Positions 9,513 to 18,144 of a DNA stretch of 64,000 nucleotides are shown here, one piece after another; position 1 is the stretch's first letter, and every line of letters begins with the position of its first letter. Made by a program: the position numbers and the translations under genes. The DNA is from an uncultured candidatus Porisulfidus sp. (GTDB lineage Bacteria; Pseudomonadota; Gammaproteobacteria; Poriferisulfidales; Poriferisulfidaceae), in assembly GCA_965199755.1 (NCBI GenBank), contig CBDASZ010000001.1, positions 352,001 through 416,000 of the forward strand, in the 5' to 3' direction. The notes below the pieces were generated by a model, which was not told where the DNA came from, made no database searches, and worked only from the letters and a program-made list of their open reading frames with translations.

Positions 9513-10003
9513 ATTCCGTTGAACTGCTGGTCGAGATAATCAAGGAGCATGCACCGGAAGACATTTGGCAAGCCTCTCCGCTCATAGGGTATCGTTTGCT
9601 CGGCAACACAAACAGGGGCGAGATCGGAGAGGAGTTTATCTGCAGGTATTTGCGTGCCGCTGGGATTGAAGCCACGGGCGGTGGACGGGTGGCTGCAACT
9701 GATATGACCATTGGAGAATTTAGATTTGAAGTGAAAACAGCCTCTCTCGGAGCAAAAGGAGGCTTCCAGTTCAATCATGTGCGGCTGGATCGTCGCTACG
9801 ACTATCTGCTTTGCCTTGGGATCTGTCCGCAGGAAATTGTGTTCAACATGTGGAGGAAAGGAGAGGTTGCAGAAGAACGCGCAGGGCGGCTTGTGAGGAT
9901 GGCAGAAGGACAGGCCGTCACCTACAAGCTCACCAAGAAGTTGGCAGATATGCAAGCCATAGAGGAGCTGCCTAATGTTTTGCGTGATGCACTGGAGTTG
10001 TGA
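9509..10003 (+). CDS. putative PD-(D/E)xK restriction-type endonuclease
   Basis: GEIGEE...TD-x8-EVK catalytic pattern. ATGA overlap with the methyltransferase. Confidence 0.65.
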   Translation: MNSVELLVEIIKEHAPEDIWQASPLIGYRLLGNTNRGEIGEEFICRYLRAAGIEATGGGRVAATDMTIGEFRFEVKTASLGAKGGFQFNHVRLDRRYDYLLCLGICPQEIVFNMWRKGEVAEERAGRLVRMAEGQAVTYKLTKKLADMQAIEELPNVLRDALEL

Positions 10004-10422
10004 TGGGAAATATGAATAAAAGAGTGCGGTCAGTGAGTACTGCGTTTCGCTCTTACTTGCGCGAAGTCTCGCAGGTACGGTTAACTGGTCAGGCGACTGA
10101 GAACAGTTATCAATCGGCGTTGAAAGTGCTTGTTGAAGTGTTAGGTGGGAATGGCGTACGTGCCCTAAATGAACCGGCACAAGTTGCTTGTGGAGCACCG
10201 GATTTGGTTGTTAGTCGTAATGATGTGCCAATCGGACACATCGAATGCAAAGATGTCGGAATTGATCTTGATCGGGTTGAAGATACTGAACAGTTGAAGC
10301 GCTATCATCAAGGACTTCCCAATCTTGTGCTGACAAACTATCTGGAATTCCGCTGGTATGCCGATGGCGAACTGCGTGAGGTGGAGTGCCTTGGACACAT
10401 AAGAAAAAAATTGTTGCGATAA
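10000..10422 (+). pseudogene. N-terminal fragment of a large single-polypeptide (type IIG/ISP-like) restriction-modification enzyme
   Basis: ATENSY, GAPD, GHIECKD, QLKRY, LTNYLEF match the N-terminal nuclease domain. Only 140 aa, with no methyltransferase motifs. Confidence 0.7.
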
Positions 10423-10631
10423 TGTGTTCTCAAATCTCACCCTCAATATGGTCAGACTCTAAAGCAGACATTTTGAAGGCAAGGGCAGAGGCATTTTCAG
10501 TACTACGGGAACACTCTATGGAAGAAGTTCGCGATTTAGTTGAAGAAAAACTGGCTTTAATAAGACGCGACATCCATAAGATTCGGGAACAAGAAGCCAA
10601 AGAGCATGAAGGCGAACAACGCTTCGAATAA
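10386..10631 (+). pseudogene. probable C-terminal remnant of a large (STAND/ATPase-like) protein
   Basis: PSIWSDSKADIL..R..H..VR..EQRFE resembles the PxSWSGS...RFE C-terminus of large putative defence ATPases. Recognised from memory only. Confidence 0.4.
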
Positions 10632-10645
10632 GTTCGGGGGTACAC

Positions 10646-10969
10646 ATGGCCAATCAGTTCGTGACATTAACGGAACGTGCGGCGGAGCAGATCCGTCCGC
10701 AGCTACCGGAAGGCGAGGAAGGAGTCGCTTTGCGCTTGGCGGTGCGCAAACTCGAAGACGGCAGTTTCCACTACGCAATGGGATTTGATGTGGCCAATCG
10801 TGAGGGGGACCAGACTTTCATGGCGCACAAGATACCGTTGGTGGTCGGCGCGGACTCTCTGGCGCTGGTGCGAGGGATGACCGTGGAGTATGCGGAGCTG
10901 AAACCTGGCGAGCATCGGTTTATTTTCCTCAACCCCAACGATCCGAACTATGTTCCGCCCGAAGACTGA
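10646..10969 (+). CDS. dsrR: DsrR, IscA/HesB-like protein lacking cluster cysteines
   Basis: LTERAAEQI, LRLA, DGSFHYAMGFD and FIFLNPNDPNYVPP, with no Cys. Matches the DsrR pattern rather than IscA/ErpA (CGCG absent). Confidence 0.8.
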   Translation: MANQFVTLTERAAEQIRPQLPEGEEGVALRLAVRKLEDGSFHYAMGFDVANREGDQTFMAHKIPLVVGADSLALVRGMTVEYAELKPGEHRFIFLNPNDPNYVPPED

Positions 10970-10987
10970 TCTCATTGAGACGGACTG

Positions 10988-11905
10988 ATGATGACAGGAC
11001 AGGTCGGGTCATTGCTGGGCGCGGCAGTCCTATTGCTGGTACTGGGGCTCGGTGCGTGGGCGTACAGATGTCGTCTTCGGCCTTATACGGCGATTCGACA
11101 TTGGGCGGACCGGATGCGCGGCGGGGATCTTTCCGCGCGGCTGGCTGTCCCGAGACGGGGCGGGTTCGCGGAACTGGCAAAAGACATTAATGTGCTGGCG
11201 GAAATGGTCCAGACCTTGTCGCGCACGACGGAAGAGCAGCTGCAGGAGTTCACCGACTACGCTGCGATGAAGGAACGCACCCGAATCTCCGGGGAGTTGC
11301 ATGATTCACTGGCGCAAACCTTGGCCAGCATCAAAATTCAGGTGCGAGTGTTGGACGAGACCTTGCATCAGGGCGACGAGGAGCGCGTATGGCAGGAGTT
11401 GGAGCAGGTCGAGAACAGTCTGGAAGAAGCGAACATTGAGTTGCGTGAATTAATTGCTCATTTCCGCGCACCGGTCGGGGAGGCCGGGCTGGTGCCGTCC
11501 GTTGAGCGGGCGGTGGAGCGGTTTCGTAGAGAGTGCCCTGGGGTGCGGGTGTTTTTGCAGAACCGGTGGGAGGAGTTGCATCTGCCGCTCGACCATGAAG
11601 TGGAGATCGTGCGCATCGTGCAGGAAGCGCTGGCTAACGTGCGCAAGCACTCTCACGCTAATACTGTGCGCATCATGATTGACGCGGATGCGGCTCGTGG
11701 ACAGGGGCGGGTGTTGGTCGAGGATGACGGAGTGGGTTTTGCGCATGCACCAGTGGAAGATGACACTGGAGCTCATGTTGGGCTGAATTTGTTGCGAGAC
11801 CGTGCCAGTCGTCTGGGCGGGAGCTTGCGGGTCGAGAGTGAACTTGGAGAAGGGGTGAGAATTGCGCTGGAATTTGAGACGATGGCGCAAGAGGTGGCAG
11901 CATGA
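10988..11905 (+). CDS. NarX-like (HisKA_3) sensor histidine kinase
   Basis: Single TM helix, HAMP, ELHDSLAQ H-box, QEALANVRKH, VEDDGVGF, HVGL. Confidence 0.9.
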   Translation: MMTGQVGSLLGAAVLLLVLGLGAWAYRCRLRPYTAIRHWADRMRGGDLSARLAVPRRGGFAELAKDINVLAEMVQTLSRTTEEQLQEFTDYAAMKERTRISGELHDSLAQTLASIKIQVRVLDETLHQGDEERVWQELEQVENSLEEANIELRELIAHFRAPVGEAGLVPSVERAVERFRRECPGVRVFLQNRWEELHLPLDHEVEIVRIVQEALANVRKHSHANTVRIMIDADAARGQGRVLVEDDGVGFAHAPVEDDTGAHVGLNLLRDRASRLGGSLRVESELGEGVRIALEFETMAQEVAA

Positions 11906-12600
11906 GCGTTCTGAAAGTCACCGTGATTGATGATCACACGCTGTTTAGGGAAGGCTTGCAGGGTTTGCTGGAGCGTCATGGTCTCAAGGTACTGGACTCG
12001 GTGGGTGATTCGGAGTCCGGGTACGCAGCGGTGCAGGCACGGCAACCGGATGTGGTGCTTTTGGATTTGCGATTGCCGCAGACTGATGGTCTGGAGATAT
12101 TGCGTACGATGAAGGCGGACAAGGAGTGTCCGCCGATTGTGATGCTGACTACCAGTGATCATGAACAGGATCTGGTGGAGGCCTTGCGCGCGGGCGCAAG
12201 TGGCTACCTGCTGAAGGATATGGAACCAGATGATTTGGTGGCCGCGCTGCGCGCCATTGTGTCAGGAGAGACTGTGGTGGCACCGAGTTTGGCACCGGCG
12301 CTGGCGCGGGTGGTGCAGGGACACGAGCCAGCACCCGCACCGAAAGACGAAGAAGGGCTGTTTGATGCGCTGACTCCGCGCGAGCGGGAGATATTGATTC
12401 TGTTAGCGGAAGGATTGAGCAACCGTGGGATTGGCAATAGTTTGGGAATTTCCGAAGGGACGGTGAAAGCCCATGTCAAGGCGATCTTGCGCAAACTTGA
12501 TGTGGCGTCGCGCGTGGTGGCGGCCGTGCTCGCGGTTGAGCACGGACTGGCCGCACCGAAAGCGATTGGTGAGATGCAGGTAGGGCGGGATAATTTTTAG
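11902..12600 (+). CDS. NarL/LuxR-family response regulator
   Basis: IDDH, VLLDLRLP, GYLLK, LTPREREIL..TVKAHV HTH. ATGA overlap with the kinase. Confidence 0.93.
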   Translation: MSVLKVTVIDDHTLFREGLQGLLERHGLKVLDSVGDSESGYAAVQARQPDVVLLDLRLPQTDGLEILRTMKADKECPPIVMLTTSDHEQDLVEALRAGASGYLLKDMEPDDLVAALRAIVSGETVVAPSLAPALARVVQGHEPAPAPKDEEGLFDALTPREREILILLAEGLSNRGIGNSLGISEGTVKAHVKAILRKLDVASRVVAAVLAVEHGLAAPKAIGEMQVGRDNF

Positions 12601-13251
12601 GTGTTGGGTGTAGCCGCTAGAGCTTGAATCTGGTTTGGGTTTTAGAGTTGTTATGAAACTTGTTTTTTGGTTATTGACCGGACAAAGCTTTTCGAGACCA
12701 CATCTTGCTGCAGCTTGTGCCAACGCATTACGATCAGGTCGGGCCATGACTGACCAAAACAAAACCACGCAGCTGATTGTGCAACTCACTATAGACATCT
12801 GGGAAGAGATAACCATGCCCCCGGCTGGGTAGGCTTTGCTGCTTTCTGGGTCCACTGGAGTTTGTGATCCACCTACGATTGCTCCACTTTCTGATACGAA
12901 CAAGCTCAAGATTGATGTCGTTGACAAGCGGAAGGAACTTGATTCTTTTGATCCAGAAGGAGGTTTCCGAAAAATTGGTGTCACTGCACGCTCATGGGAA
13001 CAGAGAGACAAGTCACCTCCTTCTCAAACTTCGAGAGACATGTTGAGAGATATGATTAAAAACAAAACTACAAGTTCAGTTCCTGCTTCAGATGTTTCCC
13101 TTCTAGCGCTAGACAAGCCGATAAAAGACAGTAGAGAATAAGTCTGCAACAAAGAGGCTTTGGCCTATTGCCCGCTACCAATCACATGTCTCTAGGTGGT
13201 ACACAGACCGTAGGTGTGCCAGTGGGAGTTAGGGTCTTCACCCGCAAATAA

Positions 13252-13285
13252 AAGTCATAAATTTGTAACTCTCGCTCTATACGAT
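13252..13285 (+). promoter_or_regulatory. Pho box plus -10 element
   Basis: AAGTCAT-AAAT-TTGTAAC (PhoB consensus CTGTCAT-N4-CTGTCAY), then 10 nt, then TACGAT, upstream of a phosphate porin. Confidence 0.75.
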
Positions 13286-13350
13286 GCGTCACCAGCACCT
13301 GCTTGCAGGTCTGGTCTATCTTAAATTTGCACACTCACGAGGGTTTATCC

Positions 13351-14898
13351 ATGAGTAGCTACTCACGCCACGTTGCTGCGTCAGTTGTTTTTTTCTTCGC
13401 GCTTTCGCCCCCAGCCATCGGACTTGCCTTCGCGGATGAGCTCGAACAGTTAAAGCGTGAAAACGTACAGATGAAGGAGATGCTCATGCAGATGCAGGAG
13501 CAGCTTCAGAGCGTTATCGCCAAGACCAATGCAATGGAAAGTCAGGTTGAGGCTAATAAGGAAGACATCACGATTAAGACCACAGGTGGTGGGATTCAGG
13601 TGAAATCCAGCAACGGCGACACGTTTAAGGTTGGCGGTCGATTGATGCTCGATCATGACTCCTATGATTCATTCTGGAACGGAGGCGATGGTTCTGCGGA
13701 GGAGAACGAAATTCGCCGTTCACGGATCACCTTCAGCGGCAATTCAGGCAAGAACTGGGCGTACAAGTTAACCGTTGATATTGACCACGAAGACGAAAAC
13801 GCTTCCATAGATACGGGTTGGTTGCAATATTCCGAGGGCGGTGTTGGCGTAAAAGTGGGTAAGTTCGGGCGTCCCGGCATGATCGAGGAGCGCACCAGTT
13901 CCAAGTGGATTTCCACGATTGAACGTTCCATCATCAATGAATTGGCTGGCGCGACCATCAGCAAACCCAATTTTGGCGGTGTGGCACTGAGCTATAAGAC
14001 CGAGGGTGATCTGCCGATGAGTGCCGAGTTCGGTGTGTATGACGACGAGATCGACGAGGACGATGGTTCAGATATCTACGGGATTGGTTACCGCTTGGCC
14101 ATCTCGCCGGAATTTGGCGACAACTCCTTCGCACATTTGGGTGCTTCCGGGTATTCTGTAGATTACAAGGGTCAGGATCTGCGCATGCGCTCACGTATGG
14201 GTGTTCACACCGCAGGCCGTCCGTTCGAGACCCGGAAAATGGCGACGGATGATATTACGCAGGTGGGTGTTGAACTGGCGTATGTTCGCGGACCTTTCTC
14301 GCTGCAGGCTGAATACATGAATGTGGAGTCAGACGGGACCGATAACGGAGCATGCGTGCCCCCTGAGGTGGCGATCAAACGCAATGACGGTGGGTCGGCA
14401 GTCCGAGATGATGATGGCAAAGTCCAGTTGGATTCATCAGCCAGCAATACCTGTGATATGGAGATGGATGGTTTCTACTTGCAGGCTGCTTATACGCTGA
14501 CTGGAGAGACCCGTGGCTACAAAGCCGGTTCAGGTGCCTTCGCCGCGATCAAGCCGAAAAGCGCAAGCGGTGCTTGGGAGTTGGTCGCGCGTTATGAAGA
14601 TGCGGAAGTCGACGTTGATGCACAAGGTTTGAATTCTGAGTTGAACCGCATGGTGCTGGGCCTCAACTGGTACGCCAACAAGAACCTCAAGTTCATGTTG
14701 AACTATGTCGATTCGGAAATAGATGGCTGCTATGGCAATATGTGGATGGTCGACAGGGATGTGTCATTTGAGAGTGTTCCCTCGGACAATGTAGACCACG
14801 CCAGCGGTGATGGTATGTTCGTGCATAAAGCTTGTGGAAATGGCATGGATAAAGATGACGGCAATGCCATTTCACTGCGAGCCCAGTACGTGTTCTGA
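13351..14898 (+). CDS. OprO/OprP-family phosphate-selective porin
   Basis: Signal peptide, coiled coil, GGRLMLD, EIRRSRI, TSSKWISTIERS, LTGETRGY, GAWELVARY, LGLNWY, C-terminal RAQYVF. Confidence 0.9.
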   Translation: MSSYSRHVAASVVFFFALSPPAIGLAFADELEQLKRENVQMKEMLMQMQEQLQSVIAKTNAMESQVEANKEDITIKTTGGGIQVKSSNGDTFKVGGRLMLDHDSYDSFWNGGDGSAEENEIRRSRITFSGNSGKNWAYKLTVDIDHEDENASIDTGWLQYSEGGVGVKVGKFGRPGMIEERTSSKWISTIERSIINELAGATISKPNFGGVALSYKTEGDLPMSAEFGVYDDEIDEDDGSDIYGIGYRLAISPEFGDNSFAHLGASGYSVDYKGQDLRMRSRMGVHTAGRPFETRKMATDDITQVGVELAYVRGPFSLQAEYMNVESDGTDNGACVPPEVAIKRNDGGSAVRDDDGKVQLDSSASNTCDMEMDGFYLQAAYTLTGETRGYKAGSGAFAAIKPKSASGAWELVARYEDAEVDVDAQGLNSELNRMVLGLNWYANKNLKFMLNYVDSEIDGCYGNMWMVDRDVSFESVPSDNVDHASGDGMFVHKACGNGMDKDDGNAISLRAQYVF

Positions 14899-15073
14899 CC
14901 CCGACAAGAAACAATCAGGCGTGTTCGCAATGTCTGAGGGCCAACTACAGAAACCCACTGCTTAGGGAAACTGAGTGCGGATTTTTATCGCATTTCCCTT
15001 CAATATGTTAAACTCCAAGTCCATGATTCTTGCCGAATTCCCATCTGTTGCGGATTCGGGCCGGAGCGATCCG

Positions 15074-16156
15074 ATGCCATTTCCTCTCTGGTCGATGCGA
15101 CCGATCTCCCTTTACCGACTGCGTTGCCTGTCTCTGGCGATGCTGTGCGCCTTGTTCGGGACTGCTCCTGTGCATGCGCTGTCAGACGGGGAAGTCGACA
15201 GTCTGCTCGATGAGGGAGAGAGAATGCAGGCGCTGATGGTGCGCATGCAAACACAACTGGGACAACCCGCCTTGGCGGGTGCTCTCAGGCCCACAAATTC
15301 CGCACGTCGCACCAGAATACAGAGTCTCTCGCCATGGGCACCCATGTCCGCCATGCTGGAAAGCTCGCTGCGCGAGCGCTGGTTCCAGTCGATTGAGCGT
15401 GGCGTGTTAGGTGTGTTCTCTCAAGTGCCGAGTGCTTGGGAAAACGAAGGCCAAACCACCGTACCGGTGGGTTTCGTCAGAGGTGAAGAGTCGCCCTGGT
15501 ACGGAGCCTTGCAGGTGCACAGCCCCACCTCAGGGTCTGGGGTGGCTTCCGCTTCCGGGATCGCCGGGGTTCGGGCCAGACTGGCAGTAGCACCGACGTT
15601 TGAAGACGGCAGTTTCCTGCATTTCGGCGTCTCCTTCCATTCGATGGACACCACGATGCGACGCCCGGAACTGGCTATCCAGGACCCGGAGCACACAGGC
15701 GTGAAGAACTTCAGCCGCGCCCTTGGCGTTGACCTCGGATACGTGCAGGGAGATTACGCGGTGCAAGCGCAGTATCTCACCTCAACCGGACGCGACCCGG
15801 AACAGCTGTACTGGGGCTCATCCTCCGATCGCAAACGCTCGCGTGACGGGTTTTACATCAGCGGTGCCTGGAGACTGAGTGGTGAACAGACACCGGATCG
15901 TTATGCGCCCGGCCTGCTGACGCACCTGCAGCCACGCGACGAGGAAGGTGTCTGGGATGTCGTGGTGCGTTATGCCAATCTCGGCGAATCTCCCAGCGAC
16001 TCAAGACGCAACCCTTCGGGTTCCATGGCTCTGGGTGTGCACTGGCGCGCCAATCCGACCTTCGCACTGGAGTTGGATTTTGTAGAGGGAAGTGGCGAGA
16101 GTCTGGACTTGCCGTTTGGCAGCGATCTGAGCCTGCGCGGCGTTTTCTCCTTCTGA
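15074..16156 (+). CDS. divergent, internally shortened OprO/P porin paralogue
   Basis: WFQSIERG, RLAVAP..HFG, QAQY, DGFYISGAWRLSGE, GVWDVVVRY, LGVHW and terminal F. Lacks the N-terminal barrel strands. Start uncertain. Confidence 0.65.
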   Translation: MPFPLWSMRPISLYRLRCLSLAMLCALFGTAPVHALSDGEVDSLLDEGERMQALMVRMQTQLGQPALAGALRPTNSARRTRIQSLSPWAPMSAMLESSLRERWFQSIERGVLGVFSQVPSAWENEGQTTVPVGFVRGEESPWYGALQVHSPTSGSGVASASGIAGVRARLAVAPTFEDGSFLHFGVSFHSMDTTMRRPELAIQDPEHTGVKNFSRALGVDLGYVQGDYAVQAQYLTSTGRDPEQLYWGSSSDRKRSRDGFYISGAWRLSGEQTPDRYAPGLLTHLQPRDEEGVWDVVVRYANLGESPSDSRRNPSGSMALGVHWRANPTFALELDFVEGSGESLDLPFGSDLSLRGVFSF

Positions 16157-16295
16157 TCTAATGCTTGTTGTGCTTGAGTGCAAACGGGAACGTTTGCTCT
16201 CCTTGCTGTGCTTGGTGTTTGCTGGGCAGGCTTCCGGTGCGAAGGCAACGTACAGGCAGGAACCGTCAGTTTCGTAAGTGTGATGATGAAATGAT

Positions 16296-16412
16296 CCCCG
16301 GCTGACAGGAGGACAAAATTATCAGCCGGGGCTCAAAAGGGGCCGACATCCGTGTCAGCCATAAAGCCGGTTCATCCTGTCCGGCCGCTAACCTCACTGG
16401 GAGGAGTGAGTT
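16296..16412 (-). ncRNA. putative structured 3' RNA (four hairpins) downstream of a small ORF
   Basis: Stems with loops CCUCCC, ACAGGAUGAA, ACGGAU and AUUUUGUCCUCC. G-U wobbles form only on the minus strand. Confidence 0.5.
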
Positions 16413-16414
16413 TT

Positions 16415-16492
16415 TTAGTCGAGGTAGCCCCGCCGTGCCACGGCGTAGACCATTGCCCAGACAATTACTGCAAGTGCGATTTCAATTCCCAT
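16415..16492 (-). CDS. 25-aa single-pass membrane peptide MGIEIALAVIVWAMVYAVARRGYLD
   Basis: ATG..TAA read directly, AGAGGT RBS 7 nt upstream, own promoter. Too short for the ORF track. Confidence 0.6.
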   Translation of the reverse strand: MGIEIALAVIVWAMVYAVARRGYLD

Positions 16493-16547
16493 GTTTTAGA
16501 CCTCTTTGGTTGTTGGAAAGTTCCTTATCAGAACTTGTATGAATACT

Positions 16548-16575
16548 AATATAAGGAAATTTTTATATAAGTCAA
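16548..16575 (-). promoter_or_regulatory. putative sigma70 promoter overlapped by a palindromic operator
   Basis: TTGACT-16 nt-TATATT, with ATATAA-N8-TTATAT at 16549-16568. Confidence 0.6.
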
Positions 16576-16709
16576 GTCCCGCATGTGTCATAAAAACAAC
16601 ACAGGCCCGTCTGCTATTTGGAAAGTTTCGGAATCTTGGGCCGGAAACAAGACTGGTTCGCGGTCTTATGCCTTATCTCATGCCTATTCTGTGTGAGGCA
16701 TGACTTACT

Positions 16710-17333
16710 TCACTGTCGTCCTTCCAAATCCCTCAAATGCGGCGCGAGATAGACAAGTTGCGCTGCCAAAAACACCACTGGCAGCCCAAGCGCCAGCCCG
16801 TACAGTTTGAACTGCACCCAGAAATCCTCAGGGAACTCATAAGCGACATACAGATTGAGTGCGCCGCCCAGCACAAAAAACCCCATCCAGATCACATTCA
16901 GGTTCCGCCACAGCCGCGCGTCTTCAAGCGGCAGACTGCGCGACAGCATGCGCTCCACCAGGGTTTTCGCTCCGATCCAGTGCGAAGCCATAAATCCAAG
17001 CGCCAGTGCCCAGTAGAATACGGTCGGCTTCCACTTGATGAACAGAGGATCCTTTAGCAACAGTGTGAGTCCGCCTGCGACCCAGACCACCAGCAACGCC
17101 GCCAGGTGCGTAGTGTTCAGATGGCCAATCCCCTTTAGAATGACACATTGCACCAGCATGGCCAGCATCAGGACCGCCGTCGCGAAATAAATGCGATCAA
17201 CAGCCGCACCTGCGGTGAGTTCAACTTGCGATAATTCGCTGAACGATTCCACCCAAAGTGGCGGCACGTCAGAATAGAAGAAGTAGGCCACCACAAACAG
17301 CGCGACCGGGATGACTTCGAGGAACAGCTTCAT
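16710..17333 (-). CDS. yciB: inner membrane protein YciB (septation protein A)
   Basis: Multi-TM, IYFATAVLM, FIKWKPT, WVQFKLYG. Confidence 0.9.
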   Translation of the reverse strand: MKLFLEVIPVALFVVAYFFYSDVPPLWVESFSELSQVELTAGAAVDRIYFATAVLMLAMLVQCVILKGIGHLNTTHLAALLVVWVAGGLTLLLKDPLFIKWKPTVFYWALALGFMASHWIGAKTLVERMLSRSLPLEDARLWRNLNVIWMGFFVLGGALNLYVAYEFPEDFWVQFKLYGLALGLPVVFLAAQLVYLAPHLRDLEGRQ

Positions 17334-17366
17334 GCGCCGGAATTATAGGGGACAGGACTCAGGATC

Positions 17367-17978
17367 ATGACGCGCCGACTGGAAATCCACCCCGAAAATC
17401 CCCAGCGTCGCCAGCTCCGCCAAGCTGCTGAGTTGTTGCATTCTGGCGGGTTGATTGTCTACCCGACCGATTCCTGTTACGCCTTCGGCTGCGCCGTCGG
17501 CGACAAGGCTTCCATGGAGGCGATCCGAAGACTACGCAGGGCAGGTCCAGGGCACAACTTCACGCTGGTCTGCCGGGACTTGTCAGAACTGTCCATATAC
17601 GCCCGTGTTGACAATACCGCGTATCGTTTGCTGAAAGCGTATACGCCAGGACCCTACACCTTCATTTTGGAGGCCACACGAGAAGTGCCGCGCCGATTAA
17701 TGGAGCCGAAGCGTCGCACCATCGGCCTGCGCATCCCGGACCATCGCGTTGTCCAGGCGTTACTGGAAGAATATGGCGCACCGCTGATGAGTTGCACTTT
17801 GATGCTGCCGGAACTGGAAGAGCCGCCAGTCGAGCCTTATGACTTGCAGGACCGACTGCGTGGTCGCGTGGCGATGATCATTGACAGCGGGTTTTGCCAC
17901 AATGTGCCGACCACCGTGTTGGACCTGACCGAATCCATACCGCAGGTGCGCCGAGAAGGAGGCGGGACGTACCCGTGA
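17367..17978 (+). CDS. yciO: YciO (Sua5/YrdC family)
   Basis: IHPENPQ, YPTDSCY, HNFTLVC, PGPYTFIL, TIGLRIP. Confidence 0.9.
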   Translation: MTRRLEIHPENPQRRQLRQAAELLHSGGLIVYPTDSCYAFGCAVGDKASMEAIRRLRRAGPGHNFTLVCRDLSELSIYARVDNTAYRLLKAYTPGPYTFILEATREVPRRLMEPKRRTIGLRIPDHRVVQALLEEYGAPLMSCTLMLPELEEPPVEPYDLQDRLRGRVAMIIDSGFCHNVPTTVLDLTESIPQVRREGGGTYP

Positions 17979-18144
17979 TCACAGCGATCAATTCCGACCG
18001 CCCTTACTATATAATTTCTGCCGTGTTCGCACCTGCCTCTTTTGTCGGTCGGCACACGCCCCAAATCTGCCATGTCGACTCCGCAGCTACTTCTGATCCG
18101 GGCTGCTGCAATATGCTGTGCGCTACAGCCCAGTGCCTTCTGAC

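Noticed and set aside
10646-10969. Annotation as IscA/ErpA iron-sulfur carrier
   Set aside because: No cysteines at all, and the C-terminus matches DsrR instead.
12403-13011. 202-aa minus-strand ORF
   Set aside because: It overlaps the response regulator and has the Ser-rich composition of an antisense shadow.
16176-16416. Plus-strand CsrB-like sRNA ending at the hairpin plus T-run at 16393-16416
   Set aside because: Plus-strand loops do contain GGA, but two stems have C-A mismatches on plus that are G-U pairs on minus, and no plus-strand promoter was evident. An antisense transcript is not fully excluded.
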